A stretch of 62,919 nucleotides of DNA, the filler included, from Perkinsus chesapeaki ATCC PRA-425 (taxonomy: Eukaryota; Protista; Perkinsozoa): assembly GCA_013115145.1 (NCBI GenBank). It is 6 parts of 6 records of this genome, joined end to end, with 100 filler letters (N's around TTAATTAATTAA, not from the genome) between each part and the next. Parts side by side here need not be neighbours in the genome. Positions count along the whole stretch, not along the records: positions 1 to 24,385 come from JAAPAO010000543.1; 5 more parts are not named here. The stretch is one strand, 5' to 3'. The notes under the pieces are model-generated. The model had not been told where the DNA came from. It did not search any database and was given only the letters and a program-made list of their open reading frames with translations. The position numbers and the translations under genes are program-made. Numbering within the stretch: the stretch's first letter is position 1; the number at the start of each line of letters is the position of its first letter. This document shows, piece by piece, positions 1 to 14,443 of the stretch.

Positions 1-899
1 AAGTCTGATAAGACCTCAGCGTAAACGATTTGCTCAATCGTTTGTGGCTGAGCGTCGTCTCATCATATCGTGAAGAGTTATGTTTCAACATTCAGCTGTG
101 AGTTTTCAATACACTTTCATTATCTATGTTACTGATCTCGAGTTTAACAGCCCCGATTGTCCCACCGTATGAGCCACGATCCACAGCGAGGCCAGCTCGG
201 GCGGTGTGCATCTTAGTTTTTTGGTTCTGCACCAGCAGTATACCAGTAAGGAGCCAGACATCTCACTAAGGCATTGTAAAGGAGCGCTAATATGGGCTGC
301 CAAATGATTTATTACGCCCTATACTTGGCGCTTAAGCGAGCCCAGTAAAGCTAGTGTGATTACACTCGGCGTATCACACGAAGGAATGGTAATCTTTTTA
401 TGTGTGATTGTCACTACCGGGGAAAAAGACCAATAGCCAAGGAGAATGGCTACCAGAGGCAATCGATAGTGAAGGCATTATTCCCGCCGGGGAAAAGGAC
501 CGTACAGTCACAGGGAGGCTGTCGGAGGCAAACGGAGGGATTCGAGTTACACTCAGAACAAGGCGAAGAATGATTGGAGCGCGCTTGCTGAGTTCGGTGT
601 GCATGCGTGCAGATTAATCGATCATCCCATAGCTTCTCGTTGGCCGCAGACAAATTGCACAATCGGCGCAGGGTTTGGCCAGGGAGCATTCACCACGAAC
701 CTACGCACTTTTGGTGCTCAACACCTCCGCAAAGGAAACGCTTATGGTGAATGACACACACTGGACGTTTATTAAGATTTAGGATATAATCATAGCCCTC
801 ATGGAGGCGCCTCAATCCGTACAGAAGCATCAGGGCACGGTATGACTTCAGCCAAGTACACTGAGCCTCGTTTCCCTTGTGGATCTGAAACCAACAGAA

Positions 900-2090
900 T
901 CACACAGGAATCAGCCGCCTTTCCCCCTTACCGCTCGTGGAACTGGATTCTGTAGTGTTACCAATTTCACCGATTTCCAAGTCATCGGCCCCAATAGTAG
1001 CCGGCTCAGTGGCGAGATCCTTTTCCTTAACTCGTGCTATCATCTTTATCTACCACCACACCATAGCTACCCTACCAGTAGCCCCATCTTACTCGCTCAC
1101 GGCAAACAGGGCACTTTCCATCATGCTTACACACTATATCTTCGCAACAAGCCTCACAGAGACCCGAATGGCCGCACGGCAGAAGAACAATATCGCAGGG
1201 AGTCTACAGGGGAACTTCTTCCACGACCGGGGAATCTCCTTACCTCGCCATCGAGGCAAATAAGACATTCCTCAGGCGCCGACGGTTTCACCTGTGCCAC
1301 TTGCCCCTCGACAACCGGCTCCCCTCGGCCTTGAGGAACCACGGAGTTCCTCAGTCTGTAGAAGTGCGTATTAATCTGACCACCGCATTGCCATCCAGTA
1401 AGGTTCCCGACCTTACCCGAGTCAGTCTAACTTGCTTTCCTTCAACTTCTCGGAGCTCCTCTAGTCGCTTCGCAATTACCTCCTAAATGCCACAGTCCCC
1501 CGTCCGGGCTAGTTCACAATATACCTCCCTTTCGCGTGCACGGTGGGCTCTGTTGGCAGAGCGGGCATACAAGCAGCTCCTACATACCCAGTTGGAGAGA
1601 TTGCCCGCCTGAGCGGTGTCGACGGATAGGCGCTGAGCAAGGTCGAAGGGAAGGTACACCGAGGAAAACACGGATCATTGAGAACTGCTAAACACAGCAA
1701 GCGTGTTGCTGTATAGCGTTTATAATAAACGACAGTAGAGCATATAATAGTTCATTTTCACTAACCCCCGCCTATGCTGATATACCGACTGACGGGCGGC
1801 GTCCGTCACCCTATGGAGTCGACGGTTTTCTAACCCACGCACTGGAGCCGCCAAATCGCTGGGGTTGGTCGAAATCATGCCATTCCACGCTGTCACATTA
1901 ACTTACAAAGTTCCTGTTACAAACTGCGCACACGTACACCTGCCTTGCCGCATTTCTCCTCTTGCGGCTGGACAGCAGGCCTAAGTCGGCAACATCACAA
2001 CAGTGTAGCCTGGGAGGGGTGAATCCCTTACCAACAAGTACGCAAATAGCAGGCAGCACCAGAAGAAGCATAAGAAGCCAGAGCATACTG
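900..2090 (-). CDS. RING-HC (C3HC4) zinc-finger protein, probable E3 ubiquitin ligase; multi-exon, boundaries uncertain (may extend to ~3100)
   Basis: Removing a GTAAGG...CCTGTAG intron near 1205-1245 joins EECLICLDGE to TPCDIVLLPCGHSGLCEACCEDIVCKHDGKCPVCR, a complete C3HC4 pattern not shown in the ORF track. An upstream hydrophobic segment (MLWLLMLLLVLPAICVLVG, ~2030-2086) suggests a membrane anchor if it belongs to the same gene. Confidence 0.65.
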
Positions 2091-3625
2091 GAGCTGTCAC
2101 TCCCGGTGCCTCGACTGCCCTCAGCACTCGACCCTGCTGCTTCTGTTGCCCCTAATAGACTGTCATTGTGTCACTGTCCCCTTTCCCACCTCGTAGCATT
2201 CTCGTTAACACCGAAGAGACAATGCCATTTCGATCAGGCATCGATTGCCAAGTAACTACTCAACTGCGAGACAAACACCTTAAGCCTTTCGCACGGCAGC
2301 GGGTCACGTTACCGTTGAACCACCTTCTGGAAGTTCTGGTAGCTCTAGCTTGGTTCAACGTTACTGTTTGCTTACAGTAGTACAAACTACATTAATACTA
2401 ACTTAGTATTAATGTTATTGGTACAATTATTCTCAGTATCATGTAGCATCAATTTGTTACCCAAGAGAAGGTTACCAAAGGTAACCCATAAATGTTTAAT
2501 GTCACTTCATTCCCCATTCGTCTTGCGGTTCATCAATTAACTCTCTTCAACGCAAGCCTTCTCTATATAGAAACGTACAGTGCAAAACGTACAAGCACAG
2601 TGTTATCGCATTGGTGAAGGCGTAGAGTAAGACGGAGCAGGCGATGCCAGAGGGCTCGGTTGCGCTCCGTTCGGTCGCTGTGGGCTCGCCGGCGGGGGAG
2701 TAGCTGTTGGCCGGGGCCTCGATGCCACAACAGAAAAACCAAAGTCCTTTATAAACTCGCAATCGCTCTGAAAGAATACCGATAATCGAATTTCCATGGC
2801 ATTTCTTACCGCTCTTGGGAGGGGAGGTGTGACAAGGTGTACTGGCTTCAATTCCGCATCACTAACCGGCTTCAACGCCGCAGTTGGCTGCGCATTTCTT
2901 CCCGCCGCCGAGGCCGCTTCCTGAAAATATGCTCAGCACGCTTGAGGCGGGCGAACATGTCACCTGCTCCCTGAGGAGGACCGATGCCGAGCCGGGCAGG
3001 ATCAATGGGCCTGCTTCCTTGGCAAGCTCAATGAAGCTGTAGATGTAGAGAGCGAGCAGACGCTGCCGCGCAGAGGGAGTGTCCGAACCTCGCTCGTGGA
3101 CTGCTCGAAGGCAGGAGTGAGCCTGAGGTGGTGAAAATGATAATATGTGGTTAAGTGGGGTGACAGCAGCGAAGTGATTTGGGCAGCCGAAGATAACTGA
3201 GAGCTCTTAATTCATATAATGAAAAGGGAGCTCCAACCCAGGATGCCCTGTGTACGCCATAAAGCATATTTCTGATGTCGTAGACTTATTGTTGGTGCTG
3301 TTGCTGTGGAAGGCTATGGTAAGGTATATAATTATTAGTCCTATACTGGTGATTATTATCAAGAGTCTTGACTCACGGAAATACGCTGCTCCGGATATTA
3401 TTACAATGAACGGTGTGTTGTGCCCAACTCTGGAACAGAGGCAAAGAACTACTGGTAAAACAGGCTACTGAGCCTGGCAATATAACCTGCCCTTTTCAAT
3501 CTCACTATCTGTATTACCTACTGTACTCGGTGTGGGTGGTAGATTTTATGGGAAGAATTTCTAGAGTGGTTTGAGCGCGCTGCGTAAGTTCTCGAGGTTG
3601 GGATCGAATCGATATTGAATACTAA

Positions 3626-4409
3626 TCAGAAATAAGGACTTTTTTGCCTCTGTCTCATAGCTCTGCGCCAGTCACCGCTCATGGTAAGAATATGTGGTGC
3701 AGTGTATAGTGGTAACCCTTTGAGGACATCACAGGGGTCCCACTCGGGGTTGGGACCGGCGAGACACAGAGTTCGCCAACGCGAGAAAAGCAGCCCGGGT
3801 CCACGACCCTTCTGAGAGGTCTCATGTCCCACCTGAATTTCCAAATCCATTTGCCCAGCAGGTCCAGCTTCCTGCAGCATCTCCGAGACGAACTCCTGAA
3901 GGCTTTCCACTTCCCCACGGGAGCCCTCCGATCGTCGCTCTACGAGCAACAGCCACATCGGGGCCATTTTCCGCCGAATGCCAAGAGCCAGCTGACAACA
4001 GAAATACTGCAGGTGAGACAGGAGAGCCTATTACATCGCTAGCCAGCACCACCTTGAACGTTCCATCGTCTACCGAGTACTCCTTTCCCCGCAAAATGGT
4101 GGGATGCCTCCCTCGCTGCTGCCACAATCTTGTGTGCTCCAGCGTGGTAAGTAGGAGCTCTGGCCCGTCGAATACAAAAGATTCTTCCCGAACTGTCCAC
4201 GGAAGCTCTTGTAGCTGTTGTGGGCGGCAACCTGGGAATGTTATCCGCCAAGGAGTGGCTTGCTCTCGCATGAGGAATACTCGACCGGGAGCCTCGGCTG
4301 GAAGGCGGATGGCACTGAACTCGGGGGTCAGTGAGCCTTCGAGGAGCTCATCTGAAAGTACACCACCGTTCGTACGCAAGGATACCACAACAAAATTCAT
4401 TGTCGTCAA
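3626..4409 (-). CDS. Hypothetical protein, weak resemblance to Mediator head subunit Med20
   Basis: 195-aa ORF plus downstream overlapping ORFs that suggest introns. The segments LWQQRGRHPTILRGKEYSVDDGTFKVVL and LLLVERRSEG...LQEFVSEML loosely resemble the Med20 C-terminal pattern. Eyeball resemblance only. Confidence 0.25.
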
Positions 4410-5977
4410 GGTTCCAATGTCTTAGTTCCCGTTTCGATGAAGTTACAACGCTTTCCGTTCCGCACTACTGAAGATTCCCTCAGCAAGTCGGGTGAATCAT
4501 AATAAGATTCCAACTAGGTTAGTTCAGATACCTTCAGGTGCCTAGCGAACTCTTCCCACTCATTTGTGGGGCAATCTTGTTGACTTTCTTTGTAAAATTA
4601 AGTCCACATTGGTTGTTATTTGGAAATAAGCCTTCAGAAGACTCCGTGAAACCATCACGTCCGACAACAGCCTCTCATTAACGTACAATTTTCCCACTAT
4701 AATCCGCCCTATCATTCATCACCTACAGTCCTCCATAATTTGCCCTTATCGACCCGAGCCACTGTTAATTAACTTCGTGAGCTTCAAATGCACTGTATGA
4801 AGTACCCGCCTTGGTGGGGCGAATCCCCGACTGAACGTGGAAGAGCTGGGCGGAATTTTATCAAACTATCCCATGATCTACTATGGCCCAGACGACCTGC
4901 TCTGTCCCAATCACTACTGATATCAGTTCCATGCCGCTCAGCCTCCACCTGAGTGTTCTGTATGGTGCTCCTCTCGGGCAGGACCGGCTGGTGGTAGTCC
5001 CTGGCCGTTGCTCGCCATTCCCCTAGGAGCTTGCAGTTCCCTTGCTGACGCAACCAGAGCTCGACGTCGAGACCGCACTCGCGAGAGAGACATAACCCGA
5101 CAAATCGCTCATCCATGAAAAAGGCAAACTGCATAGGTCACCAAGTTGCAAGGCGAAATATCTTGGGAAGCTTATCTCGCTGAAAATTTGGATTTAGAAA
5201 GAGTATGTCTGCTTAAGGCCACTAACCTTCATTGGCTCTCAAGGCGGTTGCCTGTCATTTCATACTTCACAGAAGGCACTGTTCTCGAACAAGGTGGTCG
5301 ACAGCAATGGTGGGGGTGCTCATAACTGATTACTACGTGCTCTTGAAGAGGCATGTTCGGCTAGTTATGTGACCGTCCAGGTGATGCTATTAGCGTGGAA
5401 CTGGGAATATCTACTGGGTTGTCAAACGCTTATGAGGTCCAGGTCAACACTCGCAGGTTTAAGAGGTAATTAGACTCGGCTTATTATGGTCAAAAAGCTC
5501 TTTGGTTCCACTATATATCGGAGCGATCTCGCGATGGGGGGTTCTTAGTCGACCTCTAAAAATATCTTAGATGGTCTAACTTGCTCTTCACTATGCGGAA
5601 ACATAAAAAAGCAGGCATTGGAGCCTTGCGTGAAGGAGACAGTTCTTGTGTTACAGTAGCTGTTACCGTGCTGCTTCTTAACGCCACTAGCACTGCGCAA
5701 AAATTCGTGCTTCGCTCCGCCTCAGAAAAATTTCACGAATAGCGATTTTCATAAAATGATTTCCCAACTCCCACTAGCTTCTTATCAGTCTCGTTCAGCT
5801 AGTGTTGCTCAGTCCCGCGAAAACATGGCTCATCAAATTGAGCTCAGGGAATCTTTAAGGTCTCTAATGCACGCTTCGAGGTGAGGAGACGTATCTTTAA
5901 TTCAGTACTAAGCTTTTTCCAGCCGCTGTGGAGTTAAGTTGCTCATTAGTGTTGGTGTTAGTATAAGTAACATTTTC

Positions 5978-6653
<676 letters not shown>

Positions 6654-6931
6654 TAATGTTTGCCCCGCTGTCCCTGTTGGTGCTCTTCGCTTTGTAGCAT
6701 CAACTTAAAACACACTGTAGACTTACCTACTGTTCCCATTGCCCTTTCGGCCGCCGATCCTCACCAGAAGGTCATACCGCTCTTTGGCGGTATCTTGGAT
6801 GATCGGCGCTGAAAGGGTGTGTCAGAGATAACAGTTTCCTATATATTGTTCCTTTTATTTTGGACAGCATTGAGCATATTAATTCGGTGATCTGTGGGGT
6901 TCAGGGGAGAGCTCGGCCTTCTGTTTGCTCG

Positions 6932-7639
<708 letters not shown>

Positions 7640-9613
7640 TAAGATACAGTTTCCTAATCACCGCACTCTTGCCTATTATTTCACACGCTACTGTTGCGTC
7701 TGCTGGGCTAGGGCATCGACCGGATGCTCCGGTGGTCCCTCTCTCGCAAAGAAAGGCAGTAGGTGTATATTGGTATGTCATATGTCATTTGGAAGCTGTT
7801 GAGGGCGGTTTCATGGAGGGAGGTGAACAGCGTGAGGATCTCCGATGTTCGTGAGAGTTTGGGCATCAAATTAAATAGTGGTGAAGTGAGGGGCGCAAAG
7901 GCGAGCATGCTGGGAAAGATGCAGAGCTCGATGATGAGAATCACCGAGTAGTAGAATGAATTTTTTCAAGTTAGAGAAGTATGAAGCATATCTAGGCTGA
8001 TAAATCCGATTTATTAAATCGTATATAGCATGGAAAATTACACCTTGATGGAAAATTTTCGCGGAATTTTCCTTAGTTTTCACTTTCTCATTATTATAAG
8101 CAAGTGAGCAGATGTGTGCATTTGAGCACTACTGTGGTAGATGTAAGTCCTGATGGCCATTTCAGTCTAGATTTTCTGGTTTCAAATTTTCCTGGGTAAC
8201 AACTTAGTCCTCTATCCCCTCCTTCTCAGAGGCTTATTGCCTTTTCTCATCAATGGTAACCGACTGCAGCAGTACAGTATTAGGGTCCCCCTACCGCCTT
8301 AGCAAGACAAGCAACGAGAGCCCGTCGACTACTTGCCCGACGGGTGGCTCATCTCAGACAGTAGAGTCGTCACCGCAGGCAGGAATACAGACGGCTTTGA
8401 GTTTTGCAGCCACGCAACTGCTCAGGGCTGGATGTTTCGTGGGTGAGAGATGGGGTGAATCACATTTTGGAAGGTGTAGAAGCATTCGTATAACGCCGGG
8501 GAGAGACAGTGTCGCCGTGGCTGTGCTGATGTGTGGAATTGAGAAGATACTTGATTTTTAAAACTTTTAAGCAATTGTGAATGGTGATTGTTATACCAAT
8601 ATATTCCCCTTGGCTCGCGGGGATCGAAAGATTGAGTTTTGAGAATTTCCTCTGACAAAAGCGGGCCCACTGTACATTTCGTCCTATAATGTGGTTAATA
8701 GGCGGATCCTAGGTAGACTGCTTACCGACACCTACGATCGGCTACTAAGAGCAGAATCGTCGGCTCCCGCGAAAATTCTGAAGCCTTCTCGTATCTGGTT
8801 TGCATGTTATCTACACATATCCGTTCAAATTCATCAGTTGGGGTTCAGCCATGAACATCTAATCATCTTAGTTCTTTTCTAGGTGATAAGATAGATGAAC
8901 TTCTGGACACGTTGATTCCCGGTGACCCACCCAGTAGCAGCAGGACCGCCGCTGAGATTGAGAATGACGAATGGATCCTAGTGGAGCGACCTTCAGCGAA
9001 CGGCCTGTCTCCACATAGTGCAGCCGGTATAGGAACAAAATGACTTGGCAAACGTTTAATATATATCACTTTTATACCCGTTATGCTGGTCTGGATCAAT
9101 GCCAGCTGGCTGCTGCACCATATAGTAGTCGTTAAAGGTGTTGTCTAGGCAAATCACTGTAATAGGAAATTGTCCGCTTAACTGTTGATGTCGAGTTGGG
9201 GTTAATCGGGGCAGGTTGGTATTGGGGTTTTAAGCCTTGGGAAGAGACTGGCTGGGCGAGGATGTCGTAGACTGGTCTTATGTTAATTCGTAGCGAATGA
9301 TGTATTGGCTCAATAAAGAGTGTTGCTGATAGCCGTTGTTAGTGGTCACTGCTAGTGATAGTGGTAGTAGTCATTTTCCGACCTCAGATGGAGGGACGTT
9401 AAAGTTACAGGTGAAGTCACGTGCGAGTTAGATCTTAACCATGTTGGTATGAGGGTTCCTGTGGACAAATCTTATATGGGCGGCACTAAGTTGGACCGTA
9501 TAGATCACTCGTAACGTAACAAATTGCACCGATTTCATGTAAAAAGGTCTGTGGAATATCTATTAACCGTTTCATTACAGAGAATGAAGTCCGTCAGTGT
9601 TTTTTTGTTTTGA

Positions 9614-12600
9614 ATGAGTTCAGCGCGGCGTAGAATATCTGAGGTATGGCTGCCAGAGCTTTGCTGGAGCGAACGGACTGGCCGATTCGAAACCAACATG
9701 GGGGTCCGCTGCCCTTTGGTGATCGCTTGGTAGTGGATGGCTAATTGATTCAGGTTGCTGTGACCAAGTCGGGTGACATTGCTGAGGTTTTTGAGGACGT
9801 ACGAGAGATACCGAAGGACTGTAGCAGAAGGGAGCTGAGGAGAGTGGCTATGATGCCGGGCTTTGTCAACTGCCATAGCCACGCCTTTCAGAGGAATCTG
9901 AGAGGAAAAGGAGAGTCGGAATATCAAACAGGTGCCGATTTAGAAGAGGGATTCATCGATTCTAGTAGCGTTTCATTTATGAAAACGAATCGCAGAATCG
10001 ACCTCAAATGTGTCGATTGGATGGTCTCTCAGGCCGGGTGGGAGCGGAGGCTAACTTTTGGTCCTGGCGAGAGGAGATGTATGGTCTTGTGGATAAGGTG
10101 GCTGATGACCCTAATAAGATGAAGGACGTCTGCCGGTGAGAAAGTCTTCATAAGCTCACTGTTCTTCATTATTTTCATGTCATCTTCATAACCAACGGGG
10201 GATTTCATCACCATGCATATTGGCAACTCACAGTGCACGAACCGTTGGTGAAATACGTCGGCCTGCGTGTCAACTACTATTAACGCGTCTCGTCCCTTAT
10301 CCGATGCCCCCTTGAAGTTTTCAAGGTGTACCTTGATAACCACACTCTTTACCGTCGTGTTAGTATGCTTTCACGATAAAAAATTTTGGAGTTTTGCTGG
10401 GTTTTTTCTGACCGATCGGTAGCGGAAAAGGATTGTTTTTATACGTTTCATAAGTCGGAGTTCTGACCGCGTTTTCTTCCAACTTGGAAATTGTGTCAGC
10501 CGCTGCTTCGAAGAGATGCGAGACGCCGGTATCACTAGTGTGGGAGAGTTTCACTACCTCCATCATACCGACTCGGCCGCTGCGAACGACTTTTTGCTGG
10601 ATAAGGCTGTGCTGGAGGCGGCCGATGAGGCCGGGATACGGATGAGGCTTATTGAAACGTAGGTGGCTCCTCCTCCAGTTTGTCGCACTAGTTAATATCA
10701 GTCATCTTTCGTGAAGGGGGGAAATTGATTCGCTTCGAAATGACCGATGTGTTACTGGGAGAGGAGCGACGAGGAATCGGGTTTATCGAGGGGCTCGACT
10801 AATTCGGTCGAGCTATGATCAAATTCCACTACGATTGCGAGGTTTGTGGAACTTCCTCGGTTTTCCTCCTTTCTGACGGCTCCGTTGGATGGGGCGATGA
10901 GTCGATCTCCAAATAGTACCAAAAGTACCAAATAACACCCCACGGCATATCCCCTCCAATCTGCATAGTGATGAGGTCCTTAGTTTGCCTTCGATTGTGT
11001 AGATATTACCATTCGTCATCGGTGGATGGTAAGCCTCTAGAAGGCAGCCAGAGACACTTCGAGTCCGGCGAGCCCGACGTACTGCCGAGATCCTTGAGCC
11101 ATTTTGTGGAGGCTTCCTTCAGTCTTTGTCGATCTTCAAGGAGCAGTTCGGTCATCTGGAGGCCACGGTGGCAGATAATCCTCTTCTAAGTCTTGGAGTT
11201 GCTGCACATTCAATCAGAGGATGTGACGCTGTGACGGCCAAGAAGCTTTTGGACTTCGCAAGGGAGAAGGGCGTTCCTTTTCACATGCACGTTGAAGAGC
11301 AGACTAAAGAGATAGAGGCGGCCAAAGCAGTGTAGGTGCTCGGGGATATCTCGCACTTGTCGCCAAATCATATCAACTAAGTTGCAAGGATTTATCAACA
11401 GTCGTTGGCATCGCGTGGTTATGCGGTCGTAGGTGGGAAAGGTTTTGCTAGGGGGAAATATTTGTGAGATTGTCCCATTCCGAGAGCATCATATCTCCCC
11501 CCCCCTAAGCTTCCCGGCTTTATCCCTCGCCCATCCATGATATCGTTCGATGACAGATACAATGGTCGAACTGTGTCGAGGGTCCTCCTGGACCACGGTG
11601 TGTCTGGTCCTGATGTCACCTTAATACATTGCACACATACCTCAGTAGCGGACATGGAAGGGCTAGCCGCGGCCGGCGCGAATATATGTATTTGTCCGAC
11701 CACTGAGGGTTGCCTGGCCGATGGGCTGCCGGATCTCTCCCAGCTCCGACCGAGTCATGGGCAGGTCCTCAGCGCCGCGATGTCTGCTTCTTGATCGGGC
11801 TTATCAGGTCTGCATCGGTTCCGATTGCAACGCTCGTATTGATAGTTTAGAGGAGCTCAGATGGCTCGAGTACGCCCACCGAGTTCGGACTCATCGCAGA
11901 GGTGTTATCATTACGGACACCTATAAAAGTGGAGAGGCGGAGGAGTCCAAGTTGGCGGTACGGAGGGACCTTTGATCTTTTGAGCCATGGGGAATATTCC
12001 GATTACCGAATCGAAGTTTCCCCCAGCATTTGAAGAGCATCGCGGGGCTCTCTCAGACGTTCCTGCTGGGCATTGCAACCTGGGCCGGAGCACGTTCGCT
12101 AGGCCTATTGAACACGGGAAGGATTGCCGCTGGATACTCAGCTGACATTAACCTTATTAACTTGGAGCACCCTGCTCTGTCGGCCCTGGAAGGTGATATC
12201 CGGGACGTCCTGGCGCCGGCGTTGGTGTTTGGTCTGAGCGCCAATGAGGCTGTTTGTGCGAGCGCTGTCGGTGGAAAGTAAGGTGCGCGTGGACGGATGG
12301 GGAGATCGAATCGATTAGATGGCGAATCACGCCGTCTGGCTTGGCGGTCAGCGCGGTGGAGTTCCTCAATAGACCGTTGAAGATCGAGCACCATGTGATT
12401 CTGCAGAAGGGAGCGCTGCCTGATGACCCCGAAGATGCCCTGGCTCTCGCTCGAGCGTTGATTGATTCGGCCAGCCCTAGTGGGTATGAAGAGAGCATGG
12501 CTGAGGTTATCGTCGAGAGGCTTAAGATGACAGGCTGGCAGGTGAGGAGGCTGTGTGATAGATACATAAGAGGAGGGCCGCTGTTGTGAGGTAACTTGGT

Positions 12601-14110
12601 GTTCCGAAGACTACGGGGCTTTGCGGCGCGAATTCTAGAAGGATGAAAATTGGGGTCGATCTGAAGTCTTCGTCAATGGCTGATTCGCTACCCAATTTCA
12701 TACAATATTTAAGACTGTGTCTTGTGAAGAATTATTTAATTTTAAGGAGACGCTCCTTATTACTATTTTAAGAAAGACGGTACCGATGATGAGTGGTCAG
12801 GTAGAGACCTTCGAGGTTGCCCCTCAGCAGAACAACCCGGATGGCCCCATTCGCCATAACGTATTGGCTTATCGTCCAGGAAGTAGAGAGAGCATTGAAG
12901 TGCTCTTTAATACACATTTGGACACTGTCCCGCCGCACTTTGATTCCTTCATCGATAAAGATCCAACCACCGGCCGCGAGAGATTGCGCGGGCGAGGGGC
13001 ATGCGACACCAAGTCGTTGTCGGCGTCGATGATCATAGCAGGCGACAGGCTTGTCCAGGTGAGCAGCAGGGCCGGCTCGATGACGCATGTAGTCTTTGGG
13101 CAGGCCGGTTTGGGCAGTAAAGTGGGGTTCCTGTTTGTGGTGAGTGAGGAGACTGATCACAGCGGCATGACAGCGGCGAACGAACAGGTCGGAAGGCTAT
13201 TGCCGAATCTGAGGTCAGTGGACATTTTTGATGGAGCTGGTAGAGTGTTGAATTAGATATGTTATTGTCGGAGAGCCAACAGCTGGAAAGGTTGTCGTGA
13301 ACCAGAAGGGTGTCGTGAAGATACGCCTTACAGCTCGAGGCATCGCTGCTCACAGTGGCTACCCTCACCTTGGCAAGAGTGCTATCCACACCCTGACTCA
13401 GTTGCTACAGGAAGTTCTTGGGCATCCTTGGCCGAAGGATGATGTATTGGGAAGTAAGAGATTCCCAGTGAAGTTACTCTCCTTTACTTTTCCTGAGCTC
13501 GTAGGCGGGAGCCGTCCTTGCGGATGGTTATGCGGTATCAGATACAGACGTCAACATTGGCCGTATCGAAGGTGGGCAAGCCGACAATGCCTTGGCGGAG
13601 AAATGCAAGGCAACTCTAATGTTTAGAGTTACCGAATCGTAGGCCAACCGTGGTGAAGTAATCCTCATTATTTTTGCCGTAGAGCTGCCCATATCATCGC
13701 AGATGTCAACAAGCTCTGTGCAAAGGCAACCGGTGCCACAGTTGAGGCTGAAGTCATCACTAGAAATGAGCCTGTGGATATGAGATACGTCAGAGAGTAG
13801 GAGCAAGGTGCGCTCTCGGTGGTCTATATGTCTCGCACAGGCTTATCAAAGGGTACCCCTTCGGAGTCGCTGCTTTCAATACCGACATCTCCTTTTTCTC
13901 TCCAACTCTCGACAAGCTCGGGGCAAAAGCCGTTCTGTAAGGCGTGCGAATTGCTTTTATTCCACTTAGACATTCCGTTGGTAATTCCTCAGGTTCGGCT
14001 TGGGTGACATCTGTGATGCTCACTGCGAGCGAGAGTACATATTCGTTGAAGATCTGCCTAAGTGCGTCATTGCTTACGAAGACATAGCTAAACAGCTTTT
14101 GAACATGTGA
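9614..14110 (+). CDS. hutF: Fusion protein: N-terminal formimidoylglutamate deiminase (HutF-like amidohydrolase) plus C-terminal M20 family (ArgE/acetylornithine deacetylase-like) metallo-deacylase
   Basis: HutF motifs across exons: PGFVNCHSHAFQR, NFWSWREEMY, EMRDAGITSVGEFHYLHH, GVAAHSIR, HMHVEEQ, LIHCTH, CPTTEGCLADG, IGSDCNARIDSLEELRWLEYAHR. M20 motifs: LIDSASPSGYE, FNTHLDTVPP, GRGACDTK, VSEETD, VGEPT, GIAAHSGYPHLGKSAI, NIGRIEGGQADN, FGLGDICDAHCEREYI. A 41-nt intron (12278-12318) joins the two in frame. Confidence 0.85.
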
Positions 14111-14262
14111 TCGGCACAGACCTGTTTTTAATTTGTTTCGTATCAGCAAAGGATTGAGTGACGCTAAGCGGTCTGTATGTGACTATGTCTTTTCAGCAGT
14201 TTTCGAAAGCTCTCAGATGTCTTTTGGCAGAGTCCTGGCTTAACCATATTGTCTTCTTCCGA

Positions 14263-14335
14263 GCGGCTTTGGCGCAGTAGGTAGCGCGTAGGTCTCATAA
14301 TCCTAAGGTCGCGAGTTCGATCCTCGCAGGCCGCA
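14263..14335 (+). tRNA. tRNA-Met (CAT), elongator type
   Basis: 73 nt cloverleaf: acceptor GCGGCTT/AGGCCGC, D arm TGGCGCAGTAGGTAGCGCG, anticodon arm TAGGT-CTCATAA-TCCTA with a U-U pair at 31:39, T arm GCGAG-TTCGATC-CTCGC. It lacks the initiator A1:U72 pair and ATCG T-loop. Confidence 0.95.
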
Positions 14336-14443
14336 CTTTCTGTGCATGTTAATTGAACACAACAATGGGATTGAGTTGAAAAAGTATACGCAAAATACAC
14401 AAGCTGCATGGTATAAAGGCTGCATCGTACTGGAATGGTGAAT

